Shown piece after piece: positions 14,706 to 14,723 of a stretch of DNA of 14,723 nucleotides; position 1 is the stretch's first letter; every line of letters starts with the position of its first letter. The DNA is from Vulcanimicrobiaceae bacterium (GTDB lineage Bacteria > Vulcanimicrobiota > Vulcanimicrobiia > Vulcanimicrobiales > Vulcanimicrobiaceae): assembly GCA_046262595.1 (NCBI GenBank), contig JBHEMM010000041.1, positions 4,667-19,389 of the forward strand, written 5' to 3'. The notes below the pieces were generated by a model, which had not been told where the DNA came from, did no database searches, and saw only the letters and a program-made list of their open reading frames with translations. The translations under genes and the position numbers were made by a program.

Positions 14706-14723
14706 GGCTGCTCGCAGCGTTCC

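Noticed and set aside
14711..14723. Terminal gcgttcc as the possible 5' end of a tRNA downstream of the plus-strand promoter
   Set aside because: Too few bases to support any call.

Overview
A GC-rich bacterial chromosomal segment with 15 protein-coding genes, all on the minus strand and mostly abutting or overlapping. In transcription order (right to left): mannose-1-phosphate guanylyltransferase-like NDP-sugar synthase, GT4 glycosyltransferase, six-hairpin glycosidase-like protein, pcrA, dapB, asd, dapG-type aspartate kinase, dapA, WecG/TagA glycosyltransferase, a second NDP-sugar synthase, comF, ribD, riboflavin synthase, a hotdog thioesterase, and an MDR zinc dehydrogenase running off the left edge (absent from the ORF track, translated by hand). 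It is mostly housekeeping. I see no mobile elements, CRISPR, rRNA or complete tRNA. PcrA with a Tudor-like tail and the asd-dapG-dapA order suggest a Terrabacteria-type organism; Ca. Eremiobacterota is my impression only. The best leads are at the right end. First, an uncharacterised GT4 plus six-hairpin module sits behind a SigB/SigF-type promoter (GTTT-N17-GGGTAT) with a palindrome and a phased direct repeat. Second, the six-hairpin gene seems to need a non-canonical start or a frameshift. Third, a roughly 175-nt highly structured leader precedes the first gene. The first ~116 nt of the window look like a chimeric junction. No folding or database search was run; structures were paired by eye.
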